A stretch of 64,000 bases of DNA from Malacoraja senta (Eukaryota). A program made the translations under genes and the position numbers. Numbering within the stretch: the stretch's first letter is position 1; each line of letters begins with the position of its first letter. The DNA lies in contig CM076000.1 of the NCBI GenBank assembly GCA_038087875.1, positions 1,488,001 through 1,552,000 on the forward strand, read 5' to 3'. The notes beneath the pieces are model-generated. The model was not told where the DNA came from and ran no database searches. It saw only the letters and a list, made by a program, of their open reading frames with translations. Positions 25,173 through 37,760 of the stretch are shown here, piece by piece.

Positions 25173-26864
25173 GTAATCATGTATTGTCTTTCCGCTAACT
25201 GCTGAGCATGCAACAAAACCTATTCACTGTGACACTAAACTAAACTACCTTACTAAAATTGTTAACAGAAACTTGTTCATAAAATGGCTCTGTCTGAATG
25301 TTATACAAAAATGTGGCAACATATTGACACAGCAGGTAGAGCAGCTACCTCAGAGTTCCATCAATCCAGGCCAGACCCTGACCTCTGTGTGGAGTTTGCA
25401 CATGGAGAAGTTGGGCTGAAGGGAAGAAGGGCCTTGACCCGAAACATCACCTATTCATGTTCTCCAGACCTGACCTGCTGAGTTACTCCAGCACTTTGTG
25501 GCCTGTTTCCACACTGTGTTTCTCTATAACTCTATGAAGCTCCCTGTGTGTGTGGGCTTCCTCCAGGTGCTTCATTCCACATTCCAAAGAACTGATGGAT
25601 GGCAGACTAACTCATCACTGTAAATTGCCCCTTGTCTGTAGGTGAGTGGTAGAATCTGGGGAAAGTCGATGGAAATATGGAAAAATCTAAAAGTGTGAAT
25701 AGTACAGATGGGTGCTTGATAGTCAGTGTGGACTTGGTAGGTCAGGGAATCCTGTTTCTGTGCTGTATGACTTTCCGTGTATCTACTTTAGTCCTTTTTC
25801 AATAAAGAACAATATGTAACTTTCTTTCCTAATTGCCTGTTTAATCTACATCTAAAACTTTCCGTGGTTAATGAACCAATACACTAAAGTCACTCTGGGC
25901 TTCAAGATTTATCAGTCCATTTCATTAAAAAAAAAAAATTCTTCCCACAAAAATAACTCACTTAACACTTCCCAAATTAACTCCATCTACCGTATGCTCA
26001 CTCACTTAACCTGGCTGAACCTTTATAGATTGCATCCTCCACATTGTTTACTTTCCATCCATTATTGGGCAAACCGGCATGTATTTTATTCATAACTTTT
26101 TAAATATATCATGGATACAAGTTGCAAATTGCCAAGGCTGGATTTTTTTTGTCACTCCATTGGTAGAAGGCCACCAATCCTAGAAGGACACATTTATTTG
26201 TACTTTTTTCTATTCTTGAAGTATTTGTAGATGCTCCATCTTTGATCGTCCCATTTACCCACGTTTGGTACTTCTAAACCTTTTCTATCCATGTACCTGT
26301 CCAAATGCCCCTTAAATGCATTTTATTGTACCTTCCTCAACTACCTCCTCTGGCAGCTTGTTCCACATACCCACCACCATAAGAGTTAAAAAGTTGCCCC
26401 TCAGGTCCTTATTAAATTTTTTTGCTCTCACCTTTGATCTCTGGTTCTTGACTCCACAACCCTGGGTAAAAGACTTCACCTCATCTATTCCCCTTATGAT
26501 TGTATATGCCTCTATAAGATCACCCCTCAAACTCTGCACACCAAAGAATAAAGTCACATTCTGCCCAAACTCTCCCTATAGCTCAATTTCCCAACATCTG
26601 GCAACATCTGTGTAAATATTTTCTGCATTCTTTCTAGCTTAATGACATCCTTCCTACAGCAGGGTGACCAAAACTAATCATTTCCCCATGCTAAATATTA
26701 CTCAGATCCTTTTTTTATATGTAATACTTACCAAATGTCATTTGAAAATCCATATATACAATATTCCACATCTCCCTCCTAACAACATCCTCAAAACACC
26801 TCTTGGAAGTATCAAAATGTGTTTCCCTTTTATAAAACGATATTGACTCTGCCTAATTATTGTT

Positions 26865-27152
26865 TAGTTTAGTTTAGTTTAGTTTTGAGATACGGCACGG
26901 AAATAGGCCTTTCGGCCTGTTGAGTCCACGCCAACCAGCGATCCCAGTACACTAACGCTATCTTCCATACTCGGGATAATTTACAATTTTTACCCAAGCC
27001 AATTAACCTGCACATCTTTGGAGTGTGCGAGGAAACCGAGCACCCGGAGAAAACCCACGGGGTTACGGCGAGAACGTACAAACTCTGTGCAGACAGTACC
27101 CCTTAGTTAGGATCTGGCGCAGTAAAGAAGCAACTCTACCGCTGCGCCACCA
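26865..27152 (-). mobile_element. HE1-like V-SINE
   Basis: (tttag)n tail on the left, V-domain and head on the right. Confidence 0.85.
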
Positions 27153-27635
27153 ATTATATTGCAATTTTCTAAACACCCTGCCACTACATTCGTAATTAGA
27201 GATTCTGACAGTTTACTGACAACTTTAATGACTTTTGCTTTTAATTTATTTGTTTTACATACTGTGTGTACACTGGCAGAGCCAGTGTTCACTGACCATC
27301 CCAAATAGCTCTTAAAATGGTAGTGAGTCACCACATTGAACTGCTGCAGACTTCTGGTGAAAATATTCTCATGGTGCCATTGTACAGGAAACTCCAGGAT
27401 ATATACCCAGTGATGACAAACCAACAACAATCTTTCCAAGTTGCAACTTGAAATGGAAACTGTTGATCCAGTATTCACATCTGCATCTCTCCTCTTTAAT
27501 GGGGAAGGGAAGTTAAGAAGAACCGGGAGTCTTAACATCCGTGCCCTCAAGGTTAGCTGCAGGAGCACCCCCCCCCCCCCCCCCCCCACCGGGGCACAAC
27601 GGCTGAAGGTGGCAGGGCGAAGAGAGGGACGACAG

Positions 27636-27945
27636 TTTAGTTTAGTTTAGTTTAAGAGATACAACATGGAAACAGGCCCTTCGGCTGACCAAGTCCACGC
27701 CGACCAGCGATCCCCATGGACTAGCACTATCCTACACACTTGAGACAACTTACAATTTTTACCGAAGCTAATTAATCTTCAAACCTGCATGATATTGGAA
27801 TGTGGCAGGAAACCAGAGCTCCTGGAGAAAACCCACATGGTCACGGGGAGAACGTACAAACTCCATACAGATAGCACCGTAGTCATGATCGATCCCGGGT
27901 GTCTAGCGCTGCAAGGCAGCAGCTTTAGCACTGTGTCACTGCCGC
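27636..27945 (-). mobile_element. HE1-like V-SINE
   Basis: (tttag)n tail on the left, V-domain and head on the right. Confidence 0.85.
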
Positions 27946-28141
27946 TTTTTACCATTAATTCCTCCTGCCTCAATCATTTACTTCTTGCCGCTATCTTCTT
28001 TTGGTATCCAGTTGTTGAAAGTCTGACAACCATTGCGTTACATTTGAGGCCAGTGAACATTTTATTTCCTGGCAGTACTCAAAGCATGACATCTTACAAA
28101 GTAATAACACATGATCAAAAAGTAACATTGGCGAAGCATAC

Positions 28142-28471
28142 CTGTTCACATCCAGCATTCACCAATTCTTGAAGCATCTGCCTGTTTACTTCAACACAAC
28201 CCGACTCATTTGCAAATGGCATCAGGGAGTTTCTGATTTCACGGAGAGCTTTCTGATAAGGGCCAAATTTTGGGACAGGTCGCATCTGTTGCTGTCTGGT
28301 GGCATCTTTTCCAGCAGTGGCTTTCGGATCAAGTTGGGCTTCGCTGTTGGTGCCAACATTCAAACCCTGATTTGAAGATTTAGGAGGTTGCTTCAATCCC
28401 TCCCGAATTTCCTGTAGTCTTTGGCGGCTGTTTCCTGCATATGAAGTGGCTGGAAATGTCTTTGGCCTCAT
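28142..28471 (-). CDS. LATS2: Large tumor suppressor kinase 2, first coding exon (110 codons; whole exon 28142-28622 including 5'UTR part)
   Basis: Translates MRPKTFPATSYAGNSRQRLQEIREGLKQP...PKFGPYQKALREIRNSLMPFANESG...EVNRQMLQELVNAGCEQ, recognisably the LATS2 N-terminus (LATS1 has an MKRSEKPEGYRQ extension). Acceptor tctttcag| at 28623-28624; phase-0 donor CAG|GTATGC at 28140-28141. Confidence 0.96.
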
Positions 28472-29344
28472 CACAGAAACAACTTTTGCTTTTCATAAAT
28501 AAGCTCTTTTTGCTGGTTTTTTGAGGCAGATCTTCAGGAAGTTTTAATAGTTTGTTGCAATCAAAGATGTTCACTCGTGGTCTTTCAATTTATGTTCATT
28601 TCATTCTCATGGGCATCTTTAGCTGAAAGATAGAAGAGTGTAATGATTTTTTTTATGCAATATTTTCTGAGATTTAATTGTATTAATATTAATTGTATTA
28701 ATATTTAATTTTTCTTTGCATGCATCTGCAAGTACGTGCACATGTGCATGAATCTTCCAACAACTCAACGAAAAGGTTGAAAGACCCAAAGTTCCATGTA
28801 TATTTCCAAACTGTGAAAAATGTGTATATTTTCAAAAACTGCCAAGAACATCCTGTACTTAGATGCCCATGTAGCTATTTGCCCTGTGATTAAGAAAGCA
28901 GAGTTTCCCTGCGATAATATTTCCCCTCTTTTTTCCTGCTCTCTTAAAAGTTCCAAACTCTTGTTAGAAAAAAAGATTGGACAATTTCTGGGGGGGAGGA
29001 GTCCTTTTAAACATGGACCCAGGAGGCGTTCACTGCCAAGTTTCACCTTGTCCTTGCCAAGTGACCACCAAATACAATTTCCAGCAGGATATTCTGGTTG
29101 GCAAAGAGAAGAATTCTGGCTTGTTTTTATCTCTTTTCCTAACCAAGAGTGTTGAGGCCCGTCCAATCCTTTATTTCTGAGAAAAACAAAAACTATTTCA
29201 ACAAGCAGTATTTGATACATGAATTCCAGCTACATCTGACACAAACACCAATTCATTTTGTTTAAATATTTGTTTTAAGGATAGTAGTCCAAGTTAAAGA
29301 TAGCAAATTGACTTAGTCCTTATGCGTGTGCATAAGCAGTGTGG

Positions 29345-29640
29345 TGGCACCGTGGCGCAGTGGTAGAGTTGCTGCCTTGCAGCGCCAGAGACACCGGTTC
29401 GATCCTGACTATGTGCGCTGTCTGTATGGAGTTTATGTTCTTCCTGTGACCGTGTGGGTTTTCTCCAAGTGCTCCAGTTTCCACCCACATTCCAAAGACA
29501 TACAGGTTTGGAGGTTAAATGGCTTCGGTAAATATTGTAAATTGTCCCTATTATGTGTAGGCTAGTGTATGGGATGGTCGGTGCAGACTCGGTGGGCTGA
29601 AGGACCTGCTTCCGCACAGTATCTCTAAAGTAAACTAAAG
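29345..29640 (+). mobile_element. HE1-like V-SINE
   Basis: ggcaccgtggcgcagtggtagagttgctgcc...ggttcgatcc head (A and B boxes), V-domain, tail. Confidence 0.88.
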
Positions 29641-30435
29641 TACTTGTTGCTATCTCCGATGCTCCTTCTTAATTTTAAAGCTGATTAGACAGACATCACC
29701 AAGAATCAATAAGAATATTATTCTCCCCGTCTCCAGCGAGGCAGCTTTGACTTTTTTCTGTCCTAGAAATCTCGTGCCATACGGTATACTGAACAGAGTG
29801 CAAGTTTCAGGAGCTTAGGGTCAGGCATAGAAACAAAGTGAGCTGTCCACTGGGGAAATATTAGAACCACAATAATGGGAATGTTGACCTGGGAGAAGAT
29901 GCTGGCATTAGTTCTGTCAATGAAACTGGACAGCTTTTTGGATGGTGTTGGGAGTTAGTTTCCCAGTACCTTTGAAGAGCCTGCTGGAAGTAGGTCATGT
30001 TTCTAAAGTGTACAGGAGAGCCTAGATCACTGGTGTCTAGTAGACCATAAGCTTCATGCTAATCTGAGTTTTGATCTTCAAACATTTCCACTCAAAGGCT
30101 GTGCTGGATGCAGTGGCTGAATTTCTATGCATTTGTCTGCTTTCATTGAGAATTGGCTCCAAACTATGAAAAACTGATCCACATTTTCCAGAATATTGTC
30201 AGGTAATATGCAATGGGACAAGTTAATAGAGGACATTCCTTTTATTGAGGATCAATGCAAGGCCCATGCTCTCATACACTTTAATGATAAAACCTGGAGC
30301 TTGGTTACAGAGTGTGAATGTATTCAAGTGTCATCCGCATAGTGCAGTTCGATGAATGAGTGGAATGACAGTAGTTCAAGAGTGGAGATGATGTAGACTA
30401 GACGGTTTCCCATTCCATGTACTGGTTAGCCCATA

Positions 30436-31367
30436 AGTTCATAAGTCATAGGACCAGAATTAGGCCATTCAGCCCATCGACTCTACTCCGCCATTCAATC
30501 ATGGCTGATCTATCTTACCCTCTCAAACCCATTCTCCTGCCTTCTCCCCATAACCTTTGACACCCTTACTAATCAAGAAACTGTTAATCTCCGCTTTAAA
30601 AATACCCAATGATTTGGCCTTCACAGTCTTCTGTGGAAATGAATCTCACATATTCATCCTCTGGCTAAAGAAATTCCTCCTCATCTCCTTTCAAAGGTAC
30701 GTCCTTTTATTCTAAGGCTGTGCCCTCTGGATCAAGGTTCTCCCACTAATGGAAACATCCTCTCCACATCCATTCTATCCAGGCCTTTCACTATTCAGTA
30801 AGTTTCAATGAGATTCCCTCCCCTTACCCGAAACTCCAGCGAGTACAGGCACAGAGCTGTCAAGCGCTCATCATACATTAACCCAATCATCCCTGGAATC
30901 ATTCTCATAAACCTCCTCTGGACCCTCTCCATTGCCAGCACATCCTTCATCAGATATGGGGCCCAAAACTGCTCACACACTCGAAATGCGGTCTGACCAG
31001 TGCCTTATAAAGCCTCAGCATTACATCCCTGCTTTGATATTCTAGCCCTCTCGAAATGAATGCTAACATTGCATTTGCATTTACATTCCTTACTACCAAT
31101 TCAACCTGCAAATTAACCTTTGGGGAATCCTGCACCAGCACTCTAAAGGTAGACAAAAATGCTGGAGAAACTCAGTGGGTGAGGCAGCATCTATGGAGCG
31201 AAGGAAATAGGCAACGTTTCGGGCCGAAACCCTTCTTCAGACTGATGGCACTCTAAAGTTCCTTTGCACCTCCGATTTTGGAATCCTCTCCCCATTTAGA
31301 AAATAGCCTAAACCTTTATTCCTACTACCAAAGTGCATCGCTGCACACTTTGCTACATTGTATTCAA
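30436..31367 (-). mobile_element. CR1/HER1 LINE 3' fragment with a nested Penelope end (31149-31247)
   Basis: AMLAFISRGLEYQSRDVMLRLYKALVRPH and FWAPYLMKDVLAMERVQRRFMRMIPG; frameshifted. Confidence 0.85.
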
Positions 31368-31571
31368 TCTAGGTCCATGGTAGCAGGCAGCTTATTTGAA
31401 GCAGAGCAAACTTGAAGTAAAGAAGATTGTGAAAATTGTTGTGCCAATGAATGAGACAGCTTTGCATTACCCAGTTGTGCATTGCGATTGGGAAAGTGGT
31501 GGATTTGCTGGTTAGATCTTTGACACCTCATTATTGTAGAAAGTTTAGAAAGGAGAACAAAGCTACAGTTA

Positions 31572-32195
31572 AGGGCCTGTCCCACTTGGCCGTCATTCGC
31601 GCGCCATTTACGCGACCTGCTAGCGTGTGGGTAGAGCTTGGGTAGCGCAGGACGGGCGCATGGAGTGGTGTGGAGTGGCGTGGAGGAGTGTGGATTTCGT
31701 CCTGCACGAAATCTTCGCGCGCCACCGGCCTGTCACGTTACTGACGGCCAAAGTGGGACCGGCCCAAGACCCTGTCTTAGGCGCAATGTCTCACCTCCAA
31801 CAGCAGCAGAAGCAGGCAAACGATCGCCGAGCTCGGCCTGGGGCTCACGGCCTTTGCGGATCCGGATCCGCCCCCACTCCTACTCCCAGAGCGGGGCCAG
31901 GATGATTGGAGATAGACACAAAATGCTGGAGTAACTCAGCGGGACCGGCACCATGGGTGACGTTTCAGGTCGAGACCCTTCTTTCAGACTGAAGAGTCTC
32001 GACACGAAACGTCACCCATTCCTTCTCTACAGAGATGCTGCCGGTCCCGCTGAGTTACTCCAGCATTTTGTGTCCATCTTCAAATGACGTCATGTGCTCT
32101 GGACGGCTGTGCGGACGCATGATGACGCACGCGACCGTCGCGCGTCAGTCACTACTGGCCTGTCGCGTAAATGACGGCCAAGTGGGACAGGCCCT
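31572..32195. mobile_element. PIF/Harbinger-like MITE, second copy, inverted relative to 8766-9456
   Basis: Same TIR agggcctgtcccactt; TTA TSD at 31569-31571 and 32196-32198; same internal Penelope palindrome and flanking ccggatccgcccccactcctactcccagagcggggcca. Confidence 0.8.
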
Positions 32196-34872
32196 TTAGG
32201 ATACAAATTGCTCCAGGGGCTTTTGTTGCTCATCTTTGTACCCATGGTCCATTTGACCATGTGTTGAGCTGGAGCACGATAGGAGCGGATAGTGTGTTGA
32301 TGAAATGAGGTTAGGGAAACGTACATTATAATTTCAGTTAAGAAGGTCCAAGTGCTCTACCCAGCAGGCACTGACTACCTTGCTATCTTTGATGATCTCT
32401 TCCGTTCTTGGCATAGATAGATAATCTTGTCAGCACTGAAGAATCATGCACAAAGTTGTGAGCAAGTTGCTGGATCTCCTGCACTCTTTCCAGCAAAGAT
32501 CTATTGTTTAAATCTGAGATTTGTTTCTTTAAGGGCCTGAAACTTTTCCTTGTGGTACACATTAGAAACTCATGGAAACAACTGTGGATCCAAACTTTTG
32601 CCAGTCAAATTGTATTGTTTTCTATCTATCTTGTGGAATTCCTTTATCTACCTACATGTGGGCTAAAGTAGTGGTTAATTTCTCTGTGAATTCCTCAATG
32701 TATCATCACTCAGGCATATAAGGTAGCAAAACAACTGCAATAACTCTTAAATGTTTGATTTTTATTTTTTTTAAAACTTAATTTGCATTTCATTCGCTCA
32801 TTTAAACCATTTGTCAAGAAATGCAAAAGAATGGACGGTAATTGTCACATTCCCGGCAAGTCTATTACTAAGCATACAGATCACTGACGGTAAGTCAGAA
32901 TAGTTTGTTATGTCATCGGAAGTATATCGCCATCTCCTATTCTACAGATTTTGCTGCAGCTCATTTGATCACGTCTTCAATTTGAATCAGAAGGCGTTTG
33001 AAAGCATCAGATTTTCATCTTTTTGTTAATTACTCCACAGTAATTAGGTATTCTGTACATATCAATTTTTTGATTAACCAGCATTATACATTGGTTGCTG
33101 CATTCTAATAATAATCCTTCCTGGAGTTACAGCACAGCTTTAATACCTTGCATTCTCTTTCAGAGACAGAGGCAGAACTCTTTAGAATAGTCACTATTTA
33201 TAGGGGGAGAAAGAGGAAGCTCCCCCACATTCAGACAGTGCCAAATACACTGTGATTGGACAACAGGGACGATATTTGCTTGTTCTGGCTCCAGGCAGAC
33301 AATGTTAGTTATTTCCTTTCTCTGAAATGGCCACACCACCAAAAAGAAACTTGCCACAATTAGTGATGCCAGACTTTGCTGTCAGGGAACGCAAAACAAT
33401 TAACTTTTTTAATCCTCTGGTTTGGAGTAATGTTTTTAAGAGAATCCATAAAACCTCACATACTACAATTTCAAAAAGACAGCAGAGAAAAACAAAATCA
33501 CGAACCAGCGCAACATGAATAATATTACACAATGGAGTGGAAAGAGTGGGGGTGGAGGCAGGAAGAGGTGGCCATGGCAGTACAATTATAGCTTCATATA
33601 TTAAATATCACACACTTATTTCATGGAATCTGTAAGAAATAAAGTATAATCAGATGACGACTACTCAACTAATTGTCTCAATCAAGTAAAATATTGCTTC
33701 TCTTGATCTGTTACGTAAGCTCATAATTTGAACCAATTGCCCTTTGTTTTTATCTATTTTTGGAATAATAAAAATAACAGTATTTATACTAAACACAAAA
33801 TAGTACAGGAGAGCTTTGCAGAAAAATGTGAGCAGTGCATTTTATAACAAGCTTAGGCAGGTTATTGCAATACTCATTTCTTTTATCCATGAGTGAATCG
33901 GTTTAGTCAGTAATGTAAATTAAAGGGAGGGGACTTACTTGCAATGACTTGAATAGGAAAATGAACAAATTTGTTACACTTATTAATTAAAAGCACTTAC
34001 AATTTACAAGCACAACAGCTTACTAATTGTTTTCAGACATTAATACAAATTTTGCAGTAAGGCGATTACAGATGTTTATTATTTGTTTTAATATAATATA
34101 TAATTTAATATAATAAACATTTGTTTAAATGTAGCTAATGTAACATAACACACTGGGTCCTGCAGATCTTGAGGACTGTCACATTATGAATCTTGGATGC
34201 TTTTTTTTTTTTATTTAATTCTGTTGAATTACTAGAAGTCCTTTTTGATTGGCAGTTAATTCTCTTTCGGAAAATGGGCTTTTGTGGCGTGATATAGAAA
34301 CTATTGGCCGTTATCAAAGAAAATCATCTCGTAAAACAAGGATCAGAGTCCTTGTTATCACTTTTGTACAATTAAATTGATAGACAATATATAAAATTAT
34401 ATATTCATATATTGAATCTAATAATGTTTGAGCTATTTTCTACATTGCGCTATTAGTTACAACTAACATGCTTGAAAGCCAAATATTATATAAACATCAA
34501 AAATTAATCCAGCTGCTACATTTTCCTTTCTCATTTCAAGAAATTTTCCTTACACAATAGCTTTATAGCATTCATTCCAAGGAAACTATCAAATTGAAGA
34601 CATTTCATATCCTTTGTCACTGTGTTGAATAGGAGATACTGATGCCCTGTGCTGACTTCTGCAACATTTACTATTTTGAGAACGTATATTCACATTGCCA
34701 ATCATTAGCCCCATATTTGCTGAGTATAGTATTGTTAGACGTTCATCCTTAACTGCCGACCAAAAAGTACTTGCTAGCAATTCAACAAATTAAAGAAAGC
34801 AACAAAGGCCTATATGACAGCCCTCAAGATCCACTGGACCCAGTTCAAACGTCGTGTGCTCTAGGACTTTGA

Positions 34873-35125
34873 CAGCGGCACGGTGACGCAGCAGCGCCAG
34901 AGTCTCGTGTTTACAGAATTTGTAAATTCTCCCTGTGACCACATGGGTTTACTCCGGGTGCTCCGGTTTCCTCCCATCCTCCAAACACATACAGGTTTGT
35001 AATTCAATTGGCTTGGTAAAATTATACATTATCCCTAGTGTGTAAGATAGTGCTTGTGTACGGGGTGATTGCTGGTCAGTGCAGACTCGGTGGGCTGAAG
35101 GACTGTATCTCTAAAGTCTAAAAGA
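34873..35125 (+). mobile_element. HE1-like V-SINE with internal deletions
   Basis: Partial head, V-domain, tail. Confidence 0.75.
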
Positions 35126-35297
35126 ATCTAACAACTACATTTTTATTGGCTATTGTCTTAAAAATAACACCTTTTTTTTTAAAACCAATGTAAGTAACTT
35201 GAAATGCATTTGATCAATAAACAAAGCTCATTTGAGCTCAGGTTTTCATTGTTACCAGACAATGCTGATGGTAAGGATCCAAACCGGAAACATCCCT

Positions 35298-37760
35298 GGT
35301 GTATAAAATCATGAGGGGAATAGATAGTAGACAAAAAATGCTGGAGAAACTCAGCGGGTGAGGCAGCATCTATGGAGAGAAGGAATATTCCTTCTCTGTG
35401 ACCACATGGGTTTTCTCCGGGTGCTCCGGAATATTCCTTCTCTCCATAGATGCTGCCTCACCCGCTGAGTTTCTCCAGCATTTTTTGTCTACCTTCTATT
35501 TTTCCAGCAACTGCAGTTCTTTCTTAAACAAACAGGGGAATAGATAGGGTGGATGCAAGTATTTTACCTAGAGTAGGGGTGTCAAGAACTAGAGTTTAGG
35601 TCTAGGTTAAGAGGGGAAAGATTTAATAGGAACCAGAGGGGCAACTTTTTTACACAGAGAGTGGTGGGTGTACGGAACAAGCAGCCAAAGGAAATGGTTG
35701 AGGGAGGTGCAACAAGACCTGGTGTGCTTGTACATCAGTCACTGAAAGTAAGCTAGCAAGTACAGCAGGAAGTGAAGAAAGCTAATGGCATGTTGGCCTT
35801 CATTGCGAGAGGATTTGAGTTTAGGAGCAAGGAGGTCCTACTGCAGTTGCACAGGGCCCTGGTGAGACCACACCTCGAGTATTGTGTGCAATTTTGATCT
35901 CCTAATTTGAGGATATTATTGCTATTGAGGGAGTGCAGCGTAGGTTCACCAGGTTAATTCCCGGGATGGCGGGACTGACATATGATGAAAGAATGGTTCG
36001 ACTGGGCTTGTATTCACTGGAATTTAGAAGGATGAGAAGGGATCTTATGGAAACATAGAAACATAGAAAATAGGTGCAGGAGTAGGCCATTCGTCCCTTC
36101 GAGCCTGCACCGCCATTCGATATGATCATGGCTGATCATCCAACTCAGTATCCTGTACCTGCTTTCTCTCCATACCCCCTGATCCCTTTAGCCACAAGGG
36201 CCACATCTAACTCCCTCTTAAATATAGCCAATGATCTGGCCTCAACTACCTTCTGTGGCAGAGAATTCCAGAGATTCACCACTCTCTGTGTGAAAAATGT
36301 TTTCCTCATCTTGGTCCTAAAAGATTTCCCCCTTATCCTTAAACTGTGACCCCTTGTTCTGGACTTCCCCAACATCGGGAACAATCTTCCTGCATCTAGC
36401 CTGTCCAACCCCTTAAGAATTTTGTACGTTTCTATAAGATCCCCCCTCAATCCTCTAAATTCTAGCGAGTACAAACCAAGTCTATCCAGTCTTTCTTCAT
36501 ATGAAAGTCCTGACATCCCAGGAATCAGTCTGGTGAACCTTCTCTGTACTCCCTCTATGGCAAGAATGTCTTTCCTCAGATTAGGAGACCAAAACTGTAC
36601 GCAATACTCCAGGTGTGGTCTCACCAAGACCCTGTACAACTGCAGTAGAACCTCCCTGCTCCTATACTCAAATCCTTTTGCTATGAATGCTAACATACCA
36701 TTCGCCTTCTTCACTGCCTGCTGCACCTGCATGCCTACTTTTAATGACTGGTGTACCATGACACCCAGGTCTCGTTGCATCTCCCCTTTTCCTAATCGGC
36801 CACCATTCAGATAATAGTCTACTTTCCTGTTTTTGCCACCAAAGTGGATAACCTCACATTTATCCACATTATACTGCATCTGCCATGCATTTGCCCACTC
36901 ACCCAGCCTATCCAAGTCAACTTGCAGCCTCCGAGCATCCTCCTCACAGCTAACACTGCCCCCCAGCTTCGTGTCATCCGCAAACTTGGAGATGTTGCAT
37001 TCAATTCCCTCGTCCAAATCATTAATATATAACGTAAATAGCTGGGGTCCCAGCACTGAGCCTTGCGATACCCCACTAGTCACTGCCTGCCACTGTGAAA
37101 AGGACCCGTTTACTCCTACTCTTTGCTTCCTGTCTGCCAGCCCTTTCTATATCCACATCAATACTGAACCCCCAATACCATGTGCTTTAAGTTTGTATAC
37201 TAATCTCTAATATTCTCTATTCTATATTCTTAAAGGATTGGACAGGCTCGATGCAGGAAAAATGTTTCCGATATTGGGGGAGTCCAGAACCAGGGGTCAC
37301 AGTTTAAGAATAAGGGGGAGGCCATTTAGGACTGAGATGAGGAAAAACTTCTTCACGCAGAGAGTTGTAACTCTGTGGAATTCTCTGCCACAGAAGGCAG
37401 TGAAGGCCAATTCACTGGATGTTTTCAAGAGAGAGTTAGATTTAGTTCTTAGGGCTAAAGGAATCAAGGGATATGGGGAAAAAGCAGGAACGGGGTACTG
37501 ATTTTAGATGATCAGCCATGATCATATTGAATGGCGGTGCTGGCTCGAAGGGTCGAATGGCCTACTCCTGCACCTATTTTTCTATGTTTCTACTATAACC
37601 GTATTTAAAAGACACTAGGACAGGTACTTGGATAGGAAAGATTTGGAGGGATATGGGCCAAATGCAGGCAGGTGGGACTAGCATAAAAGGGGCATCTTGG
37701 TCAACATGGGCAAGTTGGGTCCAAGGGCCTGTTTCCGTGCTGTACAACTATATGACTCTA
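35298..37760 (+). mobile_element. Nested CR1 stack: old CR1 (35298-35712, 37593-37760) hosting a second CR1 (35715-36058, 37225-37592)
   Basis: CR1 coding and 3'UTR sequence resumes colinearly on the far side of each insertion. Confidence 0.75.
36050..37208 (-). mobile_element. Young 5'-truncated CR1/HER1 LINE (open RT C-terminal ORF 36145-37083)
   Basis: SGVSQGSVLGPQLFTLYINDLD...SKFADDTKLGG RT motifs; 3' stem-loop and (tttctatg)n tail. Confidence 0.93.

Noticed and set aside
28115..28141. Extension of the LATS2 ORF (VCFANVTF*) and GTG start at 28474
   Set aside because: Intronic read-through past the donor; the supported start is ATG 28471.
28765..29220. Overlapping 151-aa and 111-aa ORFs upstream of the LATS2 coding exon
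   Set aside because: No recognisable protein similarity or convincing exon structure; treated as intron.
29345..29410. tRNA gene
   Set aside because: A and B boxes belong to the tRNA-derived head of an HE1 SINE present in more than ten copies here.
36422..37210. Plus-strand ORFs repeated at 55554-56258
   Set aside because: Antisense shadows of the CR1 reverse transcriptase ORF.
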